The notes: generated from the letters alone by a model not told the origin. A stretch of 60,107 bases of DNA from Patescibacteria group bacterium (GCA_038065555.1 JBBTQS010000003.1:92266-152372), one strand, 5' to 3'. Shown: positions 26,807 to 36,400, counted from the stretch's first letter. Program-made: numbers and translations.

Positions 26807-27979
26807 ATGAACAATTACGCAGAAGAGGCTTTGGGGTTGCATAAGGAGAATCGGGGGAAGTTGGCGGTTGTGAGCAAGGTGCCGCTCGCTACGCGAGCTG
26901 ATCTTTCGCGGGCATATACGCCTGGTGTGGCTGCGCCTTGCCTTGAGATTGCTCGTGATAAGGAACTTGCGTATGAGTATACGTCTAAAGGCAACATGAT
27001 TGCGGTGGTGACGGATGGGTCGGCGGTGTTGGGTCTTGGGAATATTGGACCGGAGGCGGCGTTGCCGGTGATGGAGGGGAAGGCAATTCTTTTCAAGGAG
27101 TTTGCGGGAGTGGATGCGGTGCCGATTTGTCTTGCGACGCAGGACGTTGATGAGATTGTGGAGACGGTTCGGCGGATTGCGCCGGGGTTTGGTGGTATTA
27201 ACCTTGAGGACATTTCTGCGCCGCGATGTTTTGAAATTGAGGAGCGATTGCAGGACCTCGGTATTCCTGTGTTCCATGATGATCAGCACGGCACGGCGAT
27301 TGTGGTGTTGGCGGCGCTGATGAATGCGTCGCGTGTGGTAGGGAAGTCGATGCGATCGTTGCGCGTGGTGCTCTCGGGCGCCGGCGCTGCTGGCACTGCC
27401 ATCACACAACTGTTGCAGTGCATGGGTAAGGAGCATGGTATCTGTATTTCCGTAGCAGATGTTGTTGTGTGTGACTCCAAAGGAATCATTCATGAGGGTC
27501 GTGTAGATCTCAATGAAGAGAAGCGACGTATTGCGGAATCTACCAATCATGATAATCGCAGTGGCACTCTCGCAGATGCGATGGTGGGTGCAGATGTATT
27601 CATTGGTGTTTCTGCGGCGGGACTTGTGACGCAGGAGATGGTGCGGTCTATGGCGCCAAATGCGATTGTTTTTGCGATGGCAAATCCAACACCGGAGATT
27701 ATGCCTGACGAAGCGCGTGCTGCGGGCGCTGCTGTAGTTGCAAGTGGTCGCAGTGATTTCCCAAATCAAGTGAACAATGTGCTTGCGTTCCCTGGCATCT
27801 TCAAAGGAGCGCTCGCAATTCGTGCGCCGCGCATCACCAATGAAATGCAGCTCATTACTGCGCAGACACTTGCGCAAATGGTTGAGAATCCAACGGCGGA
27901 TTGTATTCTTCCAGATCCGCTCAACAAAAATATCGCGACAGCTATTGCTGACGCGATTGCAAAACACTGCGCGGATTAA
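26807..27979 (+). CDS. NAD(P)-dependent malic enzyme (short form, no PTA domain)
   Basis: 390 aa with ...YTPGVA..., DDQHGTAIV and dinucleotide motif SGAGAAGTAI. Confidence 0.9.
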   Translation: MNNYAEEALGLHKENRGKLAVVSKVPLATRADLSRAYTPGVAAPCLEIARDKELAYEYTSKGNMIAVVTDGSAVLGLGNIGPEAALPVMEGKAILFKEFAGVDAVPICLATQDVDEIVETVRRIAPGFGGINLEDISAPRCFEIEERLQDLGIPVFHDDQHGTAIVVLAALMNASRVVGKSMRSLRVVLSGAGAAGTAITQLLQCMGKEHGICISVADVVVCDSKGIIHEGRVDLNEEKRRIAESTNHDNRSGTLADAMVGADVFIGVSAAGLVTQEMVRSMAPNAIVFAMANPTPEIMPDEARAAGAAVVASGRSDFPNQVNNVLAFPGIFKGALAIRAPRITNEMQLITAQTLAQMVENPTADCILPDPLNKNIATAIADAIAKHCAD

Positions 27980-28458
27980 TCAACCAAGTACGGTTGCAAT
28001 TTCGCTACGAGCTCCTGCGTAGTCATTTTCGTGACGTCGAACATTTTTGTGAAAAGATTGTGTGTCTCGAGTACAACAGTATCAAGCATTGCGTGGTGTC
28101 TGAGAATGCGATCTCGGATTGCTTCGTTCATACTGTCGCCGCGCGCAATGCGACGGTTGATGCGTTCGTGCACCTCGGCGTGGAGCTCGATGAGTGTCCA
28201 TCCTGTTGTTGCGAATTCTCTGATCTGCGCTGCGGTGAGCCACGACGTGAGGTAGATTGCGCGTGGAAGCCCGATCACATCGCGGTTCACAGATTCGAAG
28301 AGCGCGTCGAGTGTGTCCATATCCGCAGGCCATGATCCTCCTGTGATTGCGCGCACTGCGTCGTCAACATCGATCACGGGTGCATTGGTGATCGTGCGCA
28401 GTGTTGTGGCGAGGGTTGTTTTGCCCGTTGCTGAGAGGCCAAGAATGAGGAGGCGCAT
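27976..28458 (-). CDS. Small P-loop NTPase/kinase-like protein
   Basis: Walker A GLSATGKTT at the N-terminus; 160 aa; no finer family call. Confidence 0.6.
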   Translation of the reverse strand: MRLLILGLSATGKTTLATTLRTITNAPVIDVDDAVRAITGGSWPADMDTLDALFESVNRDVIGLPRAIYLTSWLTAAQIREFATTGWTLIELHAEVHERINRRIARGDSMNEAIRDRILRHHAMLDTVVLETHNLFTKMFDVTKMTTQELVAKLQPYLVD

Positions 28459-28554
28459 ACTGGTGCGTTATTTCCAGAGTGAGAACTGTGAATAGCGAGT
28501 ATCTTGTCTTCAGTGTGCACTGCATGTGCTACGTTGGCAAGTAGTCTGTGATGG

Positions 28555-28583
28555 TTGACAAAACAGGCAATAACTGCTATATT
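28555..28583 (+). promoter_or_regulatory. Near-consensus sigma70 promoter
   Basis: TTGACA (28555..28560), a 17-nt spacer, then TATATT (28578..28583). The leader hairpin CCTACCtacattcGGGTAGG and a GGAGGG RBS follow. Confidence 0.5.
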
Positions 28584-28636
28584 ATGCAGTCCTACCTACA
28601 TTCGGGTAGGGGTGAATTGGCCTGTGGAGGGCTGTA

Positions 28637-29044
28637 ATGAATTCTCGTTTTCTCAGCATCGTTCTCGCCGCGGTTCTGGCTTCATTCGTGGCGAGCGCGA
28701 GGCGCGACTGGTTCGAGCTGCGCAACGTCATTAGCGAGGAAGGGTTCAGCGACGCGAGCTACGACTTCGGCGGGAACTTCGTTCTCGTCATCGATGATCG
28801 TGCGGATCAGGGCGGCAGTGATTTGAAGCTCGCGCTGCGCAAGGCGCCTCTGGGCAAGAACATTGTCTACGTCGGCATCCGGCCGACGACCGGGGACAAG
28901 AAGAAAGGGTTCGCGAGTGACCTCGCCGCAAGGTACCGTCTCGGGAAGCAGTTCCCGATGTGTGCCGTGTTCAGTGGCGGCAAGGTCATTAAGAGGGCGC
29001 ACGGATTCGATGCTTGTACGTACGGCCTCATCGACCGTCGCTGA
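28637..29044 (+). CDS. Hypothetical secreted/anchored protein, GC3-rich (possibly thioredoxin-like fold without CxxC)
   Basis: N-terminal hydrophobic segment; the beta-alpha pattern FVLVIDD...NIVYVGI...PMCAVFSGGKVI is only suggestive. Confidence 0.55.
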   Translation: MNSRFLSIVLAAVLASFVASARRDWFELRNVISEEGFSDASYDFGGNFVLVIDDRADQGGSDLKLALRKAPLGKNIVYVGIRPTTGDKKKGFASDLAARYRLGKQFPMCAVFSGGKVIKRAHGFDACTYGLIDRR

Positions 29045-29200
29045 TGTGAAGTGCCGCGCCGCGCGATCATCGGAGGCTGATCTGCGCAACTACCGACCGA
29101 CGTGTTACAGCAATGTAGCGCGTCGGTTTTTGGTTTGCAAAAGGAAACGACCTCGCACTGCTTGAGACGGTAGTCTGTTGCAAGTGCGAGGTCTGGAGCT

Positions 29201-30139
29201 CTACGCAGCGATGTGCGGTGGGAGCTTGAGGTGCATGTCTGTGAGGTCGGTCGTGATGTGGTAGATGAGTTGTGCCACGTATGGTCCGGAGGCTTGTGCC
29301 TGAGCCACCACTTCCTTGTGACCTGCATCGTCGTCCTCATCATCGTTTTGGTCTACATCTCCTGAAAAGTTGGTGATGATGGAGAGTCCGATCATGTTCT
29401 GTTGTCCGGATTGTCGCGCACCGATGACGTCCGAGGCAGTGCTCATGGCGACTGCGTCGCCACCGAGCATGCGCAGCGCCTCTGCGTCAGGTCGGCTCTC
29501 GTAGAACGGACCGGGACGCATCACGTACACCCCGCGTCGAAGCACGAAAGTGCCATTGGGTATGCCGTTGACTTTGTTGTACGCAGACTGGACCAGGTCT
29601 CGGATCAGACGACGACGGAAGCTTCTCGAAATGTCGAAGGACTGTTCGCCCAATCGCGGATCATGCGGACCGAAGCACATGTTGACTCCTGCGAAGAGCG
29701 TCATGATTCCTGTGATGGCCATCACGTCACCAGGTCGGAAGTCTCGGTTGAGTGCTCCTGCTGCGTTGGTGATGATCAGCAGCTTTGCACGCCACATCGG
29801 GAGTGACACGCTGCGTGCGAGGATCATGACCTCTGCGTCGTCGTAGCCTTGGTAGAAGTGTCTGCGTCCGCAGAATACGAGTACGCGCTTGTCGCCGATG
29901 CGTCCGAACACGAGTTTGTTCGCGTGCCCGGGAAGATCGGATTTGCTGGCTAGCGCTGTGAATTCGTTGAACGGCCAGATGTGCTGATCTTGGAGCACGC
30001 TCCCCAGGTCCAGGCCTGAACCCAGAATCACTGCGACGTCTGGTGGTTCGTCTGTCCGCCAGGCTTCCAGGGCGCGTCTCTTGTACTGATCGACGGTTGT
30101 TTGGATCGTATTGAACGTGAAGTCCTGTATCGTTCCCAT
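29201..30139 (-). CDS. Purine nucleoside phosphorylase family (PNP_UDP_1, trimeric PNP/MTAP-like) protein with acidic insert
   Basis: VAVILGSGLD, FCGRRHFYQGY, AMSTASDV and SIITN motifs. An unusual DVDQNDDEDDDAGH insertion lies near the C-terminus. Confidence 0.75.
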   Translation of the reverse strand: MGTIQDFTFNTIQTTVDQYKRRALEAWRTDEPPDVAVILGSGLDLGSVLQDQHIWPFNEFTALASKSDLPGHANKLVFGRIGDKRVLVFCGRRHFYQGYDDAEVMILARSVSLPMWRAKLLIITNAAGALNRDFRPGDVMAITGIMTLFAGVNMCFGPHDPRLGEQSFDISRSFRRRLIRDLVQSAYNKVNGIPNGTFVLRRGVYVMRPGPFYESRPDAEALRMLGGDAVAMSTASDVIGARQSGQQNMIGLSIITNFSGDVDQNDDEDDDAGHKEVVAQAQASGPYVAQLIYHITTDLTDMHLKLPPHIAA

Positions 30140-30281
30140 CGGGTGTACCTCCTATTGGTGGCCGAATGGTAGCGGCAGTGTACTGAACACATTGGGCGTG
30201 GTCAAGAGTTGACTGGAAGGATGGAAGTTACGTACTGTAGCGAGTGATGCAACAAATTGGTGTTGCAAAAAGGAGTGTGCG

Positions 30282-30695
30282 ATGAGATCGAAAGACCGAG
30301 GGAAATTGGCTCAGCAAGATTTGGAAAGACAATACCGTGATGCCAAGGAGCCTGGCTACTGGGTGTTCCGTCTCCTGGCACAAACGGATCAGCTGCTGTG
30401 GCGGTTGGGTCTGGAAGTGAAGGAAGTGGATGTGTTCAAGGAACAGATGCAATGGCTGCGTTCGCAACACATGCGGTTCGTTGCAGATGTGCTGCTGGCA
30501 ACGCGAGTCTCGTCTGCGATCGATCAAGGCTTGCGGGCGCTCGGACTTCGCGATGTTCGGCTCGATGACATCACGCAGGAGTTCATCAGAGAGTTCATCC
30601 GGTTGCGGCAAGACGGGCACACCACTGAACAAGCGGCACAAGTGCTGCGCAGTCAGCTGCTGGAGAAAGCGTATCGACAAGAGTCCGCGGCGTAG
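30282..30695 (+). CDS. Hypothetical helical protein, 137 aa
   Basis: AAGGAG RBS (about 30270..30275) 6 nt before ATG. The composition is more protein-like than the competing minus-strand ORF. Confidence 0.55.
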   Translation: MRSKDRGKLAQQDLERQYRDAKEPGYWVFRLLAQTDQLLWRLGLEVKEVDVFKEQMQWLRSQHMRFVADVLLATRVSSAIDQGLRALGLRDVRLDDITQEFIREFIRLRQDGHTTEQAAQVLRSQLLEKAYRQESAA

Positions 30696-30783
30696 AAGCC
30701 ACTCCACAACAACAACTCCAACAAAGGACTCGCAATCAGCGGGTCCTTTGCGCATTTGGAAGGTGTGGTAGAGTTGGTACATA

Positions 30784-31523
30784 TGCTCACTCCCGATCAG
30801 ATCCAGACGCTAACCACGATCGCCTTTTGTCTCGAGCCGTTGGCTGAGAAGTCTGGGTGTACGACGCGAACCGTGGATATTGTTGGCAAGCCACTCACAG
30901 ATTTTTTGATTGCAGGTATCTCAGTTGGGCCGGCGATTCGTCGGTTTGCTGCATCGGTTATTACTGATGAGCGTGCGCCGATTTTTGCAGAGTATTGTGC
31001 AGCGTTGCAGATGAGTACTCAGTATAAGTCTCCCAAGATTATTAGCATGGGATTGCTGGAAATTATTTTTCCTGTTGTCTATGCACGGTTGCGGTGCGAG
31101 GAGCGGGATCGTGTTGTTGATGTTGTTGTGTCTGTTATGCAGCAGGAGTCACCGCAAGATGTTGTGCATCTCAGTGACGCACGAAAAATTGCTTGGCAGA
31201 CTTCTGGTGATGTATCCAAGCGAGCGTTCGATAGCGCGCCATTTGTGAGTGCGCGTTCGCCGTGGGAATTCTATGAGCGCATGCACGTGCAGCAAGGTGG
31301 TCCGGAATCTTCGCGACAGTGGGCGCAGGAATATTTTGATGGGCTGCCGATATTGAGACAAGTGTTGGATGTGTTAACTGGGATAACGGACGCTACGGCG
31401 ATGGTTGCGGCAACGGCTCAGGTGCATGCTGATGTGGTTGCAGCACGTCCTGGCGTGAAGGTGGGAATGGTGGCTGATATGTGTGCGGCAGGTCTCTTCT
31501 TGCACTTGACGTTTTTGCAATAG
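30784..31523 (+). CDS. Hypothetical protein; weak resemblance to the CitG/MdcB triphosphoribosyl-dephospho-CoA synthase family
   Basis: By eye, KIISMGLL versus CitG SIFSLGLL, and C-terminal RPGVKVGMVADMCAAGLFL versus CitG SPGGSADLLILTWFL. The GxHxDM-type N-terminal motif is not evident. Start is ATG 30784 or GTG 30756. Confidence 0.4.
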
Positions 31524-31583
31524 GTGATACCGTATTGCGGTCACTCACTGACTGCTCGGGGAACCGGGGGGAGGATTACAAGG

Positions 31584-32804
31584 ATGCAATGGTTTCATAG
31601 AGGACGACGTGTTCTCGATGCGCTTGAGCTAGACGCTCGGTTGCTCATCGTGGGATCGATCCTGGGGTTGCTGTGTGCGAATCTGTTCGCAGATGCGTAC
31701 CATGGTCTGCTACATCTGATGGTTGCTGGAGTTCTGCTTCACTTCATCGTCAACGACATGCTCATGGCGCTCTTCTTCGCCACAGCGGCGGCAGAGATTC
31801 GTGAGGCAGTGCTGCCGGGTCGCGACAGGCTCGCGCCGCATGTGGGATCGGGGAGTCTGTACGGTCGCAAGGCACTGGTGCCGATTGTCGCAACAGTCGG
31901 CGGCATGGCAGGTCCGATGGTCGTGTACTACCTCATCGCGCTCTGGATGGGGAAGACCGACATCTACATGCAGGGCTTGGCGATTCCAACGGCAACAGAC
32001 ATCGCATTCAGTGCGATGGTTGCGCGCGCGATCTTCGGCAAGAAGCATCCGGTGATTCCGTCGCTTCTTGCCATCGCAGTTGCTGACGACTTCGGCGGCG
32101 TGATGATCATCGCGACGTTCTACCCGCAAGGGGAGATGAACCTCTGGTGGTTGGTGGTCTCTGGCGTTGCTGTTGCTGCTACGCTTTATTGCCACTATCT
32201 GGAGAGGATCGGGAGTCTCTGGGTGTACGCGATTCTGGGGATACTTTCGTGGGTTGGTTTCTTCAAGGCTGGGATTCATCCAGCGTTGGGGCTGATCCCG
32301 GTTGTGTTCTGCATGCCGCATGCGCTCTCTGACTTCGGCTGGTTCGATGCGGCGGAAGATGAAGCAAGTGACGCGTTGAGTCGGATGAAGCATCTGCTCA
32401 AGAAGCCGGTGGCGATTACGCTCGGAGTATTCGGATTCGTCAACGCTGGTGTTCCGCTTGGTGGGTTTGGTGAGGCCACAATTCTCGTGGCTGCTGGACT
32501 CATCATCGGCAAACCGCTGTTCATCTGGCTCTTCGGCATGGGGACAGTGAAGCTCTTCGGTCGCTGGGGTCTGGTGCTGCCAGACGGCGTTCGAGGTACT
32601 GACTTCCTCATCATGGGATCAATCGCGGGGATCGGGTTCACGGTGGCACTCTTCGTCTCTGAGGCGGCGTATCCACCTGGTGCGATTCTCGATGCTTCCA
32701 AGTTCGGTGCGCTGCTGTCGCTCGGGTCCATTGTCCCGGCGTTGGTGCTGAGCAAGCTGTTTCGCGTGCAACGCATCGACGTTGATACGCATATCCGCCT
32801 TTAG
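31584..32804 (+). CDS. nhaA: Na+/H+ antiporter NhaA
   Basis: VNDMLMALFFATAAAEIREA and PTATDIAFS motifs; GGGGGAGG RBS before ATG 31584. Confidence 0.9.
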   Translation: MQWFHRGRRVLDALELDARLLIVGSILGLLCANLFADAYHGLLHLMVAGVLLHFIVNDMLMALFFATAAAEIREAVLPGRDRLAPHVGSGSLYGRKALVPIVATVGGMAGPMVVYYLIALWMGKTDIYMQGLAIPTATDIAFSAMVARAIFGKKHPVIPSLLAIAVADDFGGVMIIATFYPQGEMNLWWLVVSGVAVAATLYCHYLERIGSLWVYAILGILSWVGFFKAGIHPALGLIPVVFCMPHALSDFGWFDAAEDEASDALSRMKHLLKKPVAITLGVFGFVNAGVPLGGFGEATILVAAGLIIGKPLFIWLFGMGTVKLFGRWGLVLPDGVRGTDFLIMGSIAGIGFTVALFVSEAAYPPGAILDASKFGALLSLGSIVPALVLSKLFRVQRIDVDTHIRL

Positions 32805-32831
32805 AACCTGCGAAAAGGACGCAGAAACAAC

Positions 32832-32874
32832 GCCCCGAGTTCACACACGTGAATTCGGGGCTGTTCGTTTTTTT
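32832..32874 (+). terminator. nhaA terminator
   Basis: 13-bp stem GCCCCGAGTTCAC/GTGAATTCGGGGC followed by TGTTCGTTTTTTT. Confidence 0.7.
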
Positions 32875-32892
32875 CCTTGCTTTAATTCCTCA

Positions 32893-34734
32893 ATGCGAGA
32901 TAGTAGTAGAGGGGCTAACCGATTGTGTATGTACTTGCGACGAATCTTCGGTGTGGCAATCCTGATCCTCCTTCTTGGATTGATGTGGTGGAACAGGCTC
33001 GGCGCACTGCGCGTCATGCCTATGACGGTAGAACAGCGGATCGAAAAACTTATTTCGCAAATGACACTGAACGAGAAAATCGGCCAGATGGTACTTGTCG
33101 AAAAATTTTCTATTCAAAAAAATGATCTTGCGCAGAAAGGTATTGGTGGGTTGTTGAGTGGAGGTGGAGGTAACCCGCCGGAGAACACCCCCACTGCATG
33201 GCGTGAAATGGTTGTAGCGTATCAGCAGGAAGCAATGCGTTCACGACTTCGCATTCCGATTTTGTATGGTGTGGATGCGGTGCATGGGCATGGGAACATG
33301 TATGGCGCTGTGATATTTCCACATGTGCTTGGGTTGGGTGCGACACGCAACACAGATCTTGTTCGCGAAACAGCGCGAGTCACAGCGCGCGAGATGCGTG
33401 CGGCTGCAGCAAATTGGAATTACGCACCTGTGCTCTCTCTACCTCAAGATATTCGGTGGGGCCGGACCTACGAGGCATTTAGCGAGGATGTTGAAATTGT
33501 GACATCACTGGGTCGCGCGTATGTTGAAGGATTGCATGATGAGCATGTGCTCTCATCTCCAAAGCATTTCATTGGAGAAGGGCGTGAAATGTGGAAGTCG
33601 TCGCGTGAGTATTTGTTGGACCAGGGTGAGATCGCGATGTCTAGCGGCGAAGTATTACGCAATGACCTGGCGCCATTTGCAGCGGCGATTAGAGGTGGTG
33701 CGATGAGTATTATGGTGTCGCGCAGTTCTGTGGACGGCTCGAAGATAAGTACGAATCGACGTTTGCTCACTGATGTAGTGAAGGGTGAACTTGGATTCCA
33801 AGGATTCTTGGTTTCTGATTGGGGAGCGATCGATCAAATTTCGGATGATCGGTATGCCAATGTTGTGACATCGATCAACGCAGGTATTGATATGGTGATG
33901 GTGCCAGTGCAGTATGACCAGTTCATCGCTGATATACAGCAGGCGGTACGGCGAGGTGATATTGCGCAGGAGCGTGTGACAGACGCAGCGAGGAGAATTT
34001 TGCGGGCAAAGTTCTCGATTGGATTATTTGATGAACCTGTGGGTGACGCTGCGCTGTTGTCTAAAGTGGGGAGCGCAGCGCATCGCGCGGTTGCCCGGCA
34101 GGCAGTGCGTGAGTCACTTGTGCTGCTCAAGAATAATGAGGTGCTTCCGCTCAAGGACGTCTCAACCGTGTTAGTGTACGGTCGCGGTGCAGATGATATT
34201 GGATTGCAATCAGGTGGGTGGACAATCGAGTGGCAAGGAGGTGAGGGTTCGATTACTCCAGGTACGACGATGCTCGAAGGTCTTCGCAGTGTTCTGACTG
34301 AGGCAAAGATTGTGTACGTCACCAGCACCCGTAGTGTTGCGTCGACGAAGGCTGATGTAGCGATTGTTGTCATCGCCGAGCAGCCGTATGCAGAAGGCAA
34401 GGGGGATACGGAGAGTGTGGAGCTGACAGCGCTAGAACGTGGGCTCATTACTTCTGCAAAGCAAAATGCAAAACAAGTGATTCTTGTCCTTGTGGCAGGC
34501 CGACCTCGAATAATTTCTAGTGTGTTGCCGAGTGTTGATGCGGTTGTGATGGCGTGGTTGCCTGGGACCGAGGGCGCTGGTGTGGCAGAAGTGTTGAGCG
34601 GGCAATATCCGTTTGTCGGAATGTTGCCGATCACTTGGCCACAGAGTATGGATCAGGTTCGGTTGCCTCGACCGTGGGTGGAACCTCCACAGTATCCATT
34701 GGGGTATGGTTTGCGTTACGTGAAAGGTGAGTAG
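32893..34734 (+). CDS. Glycoside hydrolase family 3 (beta-glucosidase/beta-hexosaminidase-like), membrane-anchored/secreted
   Basis: Hydrophobic N-terminus; KIGQMVLVE, YGVDAVHGH, FLVSDWGAIDQ and the C-terminal GH3 domain. ATG 32929 is an alternative start. Confidence 0.9.
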   Translation: MRDSSRGANRLCMYLRRIFGVAILILLLGLMWWNRLGALRVMPMTVEQRIEKLISQMTLNEKIGQMVLVEKFSIQKNDLAQKGIGGLLSGGGGNPPENTPTAWREMVVAYQQEAMRSRLRIPILYGVDAVHGHGNMYGAVIFPHVLGLGATRNTDLVRETARVTAREMRAAAANWNYAPVLSLPQDIRWGRTYEAFSEDVEIVTSLGRAYVEGLHDEHVLSSPKHFIGEGREMWKSSREYLLDQGEIAMSSGEVLRNDLAPFAAAIRGGAMSIMVSRSSVDGSKISTNRRLLTDVVKGELGFQGFLVSDWGAIDQISDDRYANVVTSINAGIDMVMVPVQYDQFIADIQQAVRRGDIAQERVTDAARRILRAKFSIGLFDEPVGDAALLSKVGSAAHRAVARQAVRESLVLLKNNEVLPLKDVSTVLVYGRGADDIGLQSGGWTIEWQGGEGSITPGTTMLEGLRSVLTEAKIVYVTSTRSVASTKADVAIVVIAEQPYAEGKGDTESVELTALERGLITSAKQNAKQVILVLVAGRPRIISSVLPSVDAVVMAWLPGTEGAGVAEVLSGQYPFVGMLPITWPQSMDQVRLPRPWVEPPQYPLGYGLRYVKGE

Positions 34735-34764
34735 AAGTTGCGATACGTGTATTGCGTCAAAAAT

Positions 34765-34790
34765 AAAACACCGCCATAAGGCGGGTTTTA
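34765..34790. terminator. Hairpin between the GH3 gene and tRNA-His
   Basis: AAAACACCGCC-ataa-GGCGGGTTTT (one bulge). Confidence 0.5.
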
Positions 34791-34796
34791 TTATAT

Positions 34797-34871
34797 TGGG
34801 GTGGCTAACGGGGATCGAACCCGTACAAAGGGCTCCACAAGCCCTTGTGCTACCACTACACCATAGCCACC
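34797..34871 (-). tRNA. tRNA-His (GTG) with G-1 and encoded CCA
   Basis: Reverse complement: G-GTGGCTA...AGGGC-TTGTGGA-GCCCT...ACGGG-TTCGATC-CCCGT-TAGCCAC-C-CCA. Confidence 0.9.
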
Positions 34872-34921
34872 AGTCGCATTCGAACTGGATATTCGGTAGC
34901 GTCGCTAGTATAACCGAGAGT

Positions 34922-34951
34922 AGAAAAAAAGCAAGGGCTGGGTGCCCTTGC
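34922..34951 (-). terminator. Terminator of the pilin-like gene array
   Basis: Minus strand: GCAAGGGC-acccA-GCCCTTGC followed by TTTTTTT. Confidence 0.6.
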
Positions 34952-34979
34952 TCCGAGAAGTCTTGCAACGTGCGCGCGT

Positions 34980-35447
34980 CTAAGGACTTGGCGGTCCAAC
35001 AAATGGGCCATTCTCAGGATTGGGAATATTGAACTCTGTACCTGTGGCAGCGCCAAATGAGCGAAAGACGAAGGAGGTGAGGATATACGCTGCCATAATC
35101 ACCACAAGGCCAATGACTGCTTGTACGATGATGCCGCGCGCCTTCTCGACCTGGTCAGAATTACCTGCAGAGGTCATCCACAGTACTCCTGCGTAGATGG
35201 TCAGGACCACGAAGAGAATACCGAGCAATCCAAGTACGATGCGAACAATGTTGCCGATGGTGGTCATGAGTCCAGGACGCGCCTCGTATGCTGAAGCATC
35301 GCCGTAAGTCGAAGCACCTGCTTGATCGAGGGCAGATGTCGCATCATCAAGAACTGTTCCTTGCGCAAGCACGAGTGATGGTGCAGTGAATGCGATTGTT
35401 GCACCGAGCATCACTGCAGCAAAAATGTGGCGAAGACGTCGGAACAT
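34980..35447 (-). CDS. VirB2/TrbC-like (T4SS pilin family) small membrane protein, paralogue A
   Basis: Signal peptide ...SLVLAQG, then core IGNIVRIVLGLLGILFVVLTIYAGVLWMTSAGNSDQVEKARGIIVQAVIGLVVIMAAYILTSFVF. Start taken at the internal ATG 35445..35447. Confidence 0.75.
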   Translation of the reverse strand: MFRRLRHIFAAVMLGATIAFTAPSLVLAQGTVLDDATSALDQAGASTYGDASAYEARPGLMTTIGNIVRIVLGLLGILFVVLTIYAGVLWMTSAGNSDQVEKARGIIVQAVIGLVVIMAAYILTSFVFRSFGAATGTEFNIPNPENGPFVGPPSP

Positions 35448-35448
35448 A

Positions 35449-35880
35449 TTACGGTGCAGTCTCAAGCGTCGCGAGCCTGTCGAATACGAACGCTGTAATT
35501 GTATATGCCGAGAGTACAATAACCAGACCAATCACCGCGTGCACAATGGTGCCACGCGCATCTTCGATAGCGCCAGAGTCGCCCTGTGCAGTCATCCAGC
35601 GCAGTCCGCCGTAAATAACCAGAATGAGGAAAATGAGTCCAAGGAGTCCGAGGATGATGCGGATAATGTTACCCACAATGACTGGCAACTTGTTGCCTGC
35701 CTCGACATCTCCACTGTAAGGGAGTTGACCGTTGAGATTCTCACCCACGGTGTTGAGACCGTAGCGAGTTTCGCTCGGCGTAACTGCCTCGCCTTGAGCA
35801 AATGCGAGTGATGGAACAAAGGTGAGCAATGAGAGACCTGCGACGAACGAAAGAGCAACCTTCTTGATACTCGAGATCAT
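35449..35880 (-). CDS. VirB2/TrbC-like pilin family protein, paralogue B
   Basis: Signal ...SLAFAQG; core VGNIIRIILGLLGLIFLILVIYGGLRWMTAQGDSGAIEDARGTIVHAVIGLVIVLSAYTITAFVF. Confidence 0.75.
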   Translation of the reverse strand: MISSIKKVALSFVAGLSLLTFVPSLAFAQGEAVTPSETRYGLNTVGENLNGQLPYSGDVEAGNKLPVIVGNIIRIILGLLGLIFLILVIYGGLRWMTAQGDSGAIEDARGTIVHAVIGLVIVLSAYTITAFVFDRLATLETAP

Positions 35881-35959
35881 AAAGAAGAAAAAACGATACA
35901 GCAGAGACCGAAGTCTCTGCTGTATAGTATACGGAAAAAGGAAATTTCCTACAAGCGTA

Positions 35960-36358
35960 TTACTGGTTCGTATCTGGTGAGAACGTAGTACCAGTGGCAT
36001 CTCCAAATTCATCGAAGATGAATGTGGTGATCGCGTAAGCCGACATGATGATGATCAAGCCGATTACTGCAGAGATCAAGATGCCCTTAGCCTTGCCGAT
36101 CTGATCTTCGTTACCTGTTGCTGTCATCCAAAGGAATCCAGCCCAGAGTACGAGAAGTACCGCAAGAAGTCCAAGGAACCCGAGAACTACGCGAACGATT
36201 TCACCGATCGTTTCTCGGAGGTCATTTTCACCCAACTGGGCCTTTTCATTGAACTCATCCAAGCCAGTACCGATTTGTGCCGATGCGACGAGTGGCATAG
36301 CCATCATCAAACCGGACATCGCTGCTGTTGCCCAAATACCTGCTTTTTTGATTGTCAT
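35960..36358 (-). CDS. VirB2/TrbC-like pilin family protein, paralogue C
   Basis: Signal ...PLVASAQ; core IGEIVRVVLGFLGLLAVLLVLWAGFLWMTATGNEDQIGKAKGILISAVIGLIIIMSAYAITTFIF. Confidence 0.75.
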   Translation of the reverse strand: MTIKKAGIWATAAMSGLMMAMPLVASAQIGTGLDEFNEKAQLGENDLRETIGEIVRVVLGFLGLLAVLLVLWAGFLWMTATGNEDQIGKAKGILISAVIGLIIIMSAYAITTFIFDEFGDATGTTFSPDTNQ

Positions 36359-36400
36359 AGATTCACCCCCTCTCTAGTCAGAAGATAGCACTGCTATTTA

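Noticed and set aside
25537-27967. 332-aa and 408-aa minus-strand ORFs opposite the GT2 and malic-enzyme genes
   Set aside because: They are extremely Arg/His-rich antisense translations of confidently identified genes.
30228-30782. 184-aa minus-strand ORF competing with 30282..30695
   Set aside because: The sequence is low-complexity and Leu/Gln/Arg/His-rich, with no RBS. The plus-strand ORF has an AAGGAG RBS at ideal spacing.
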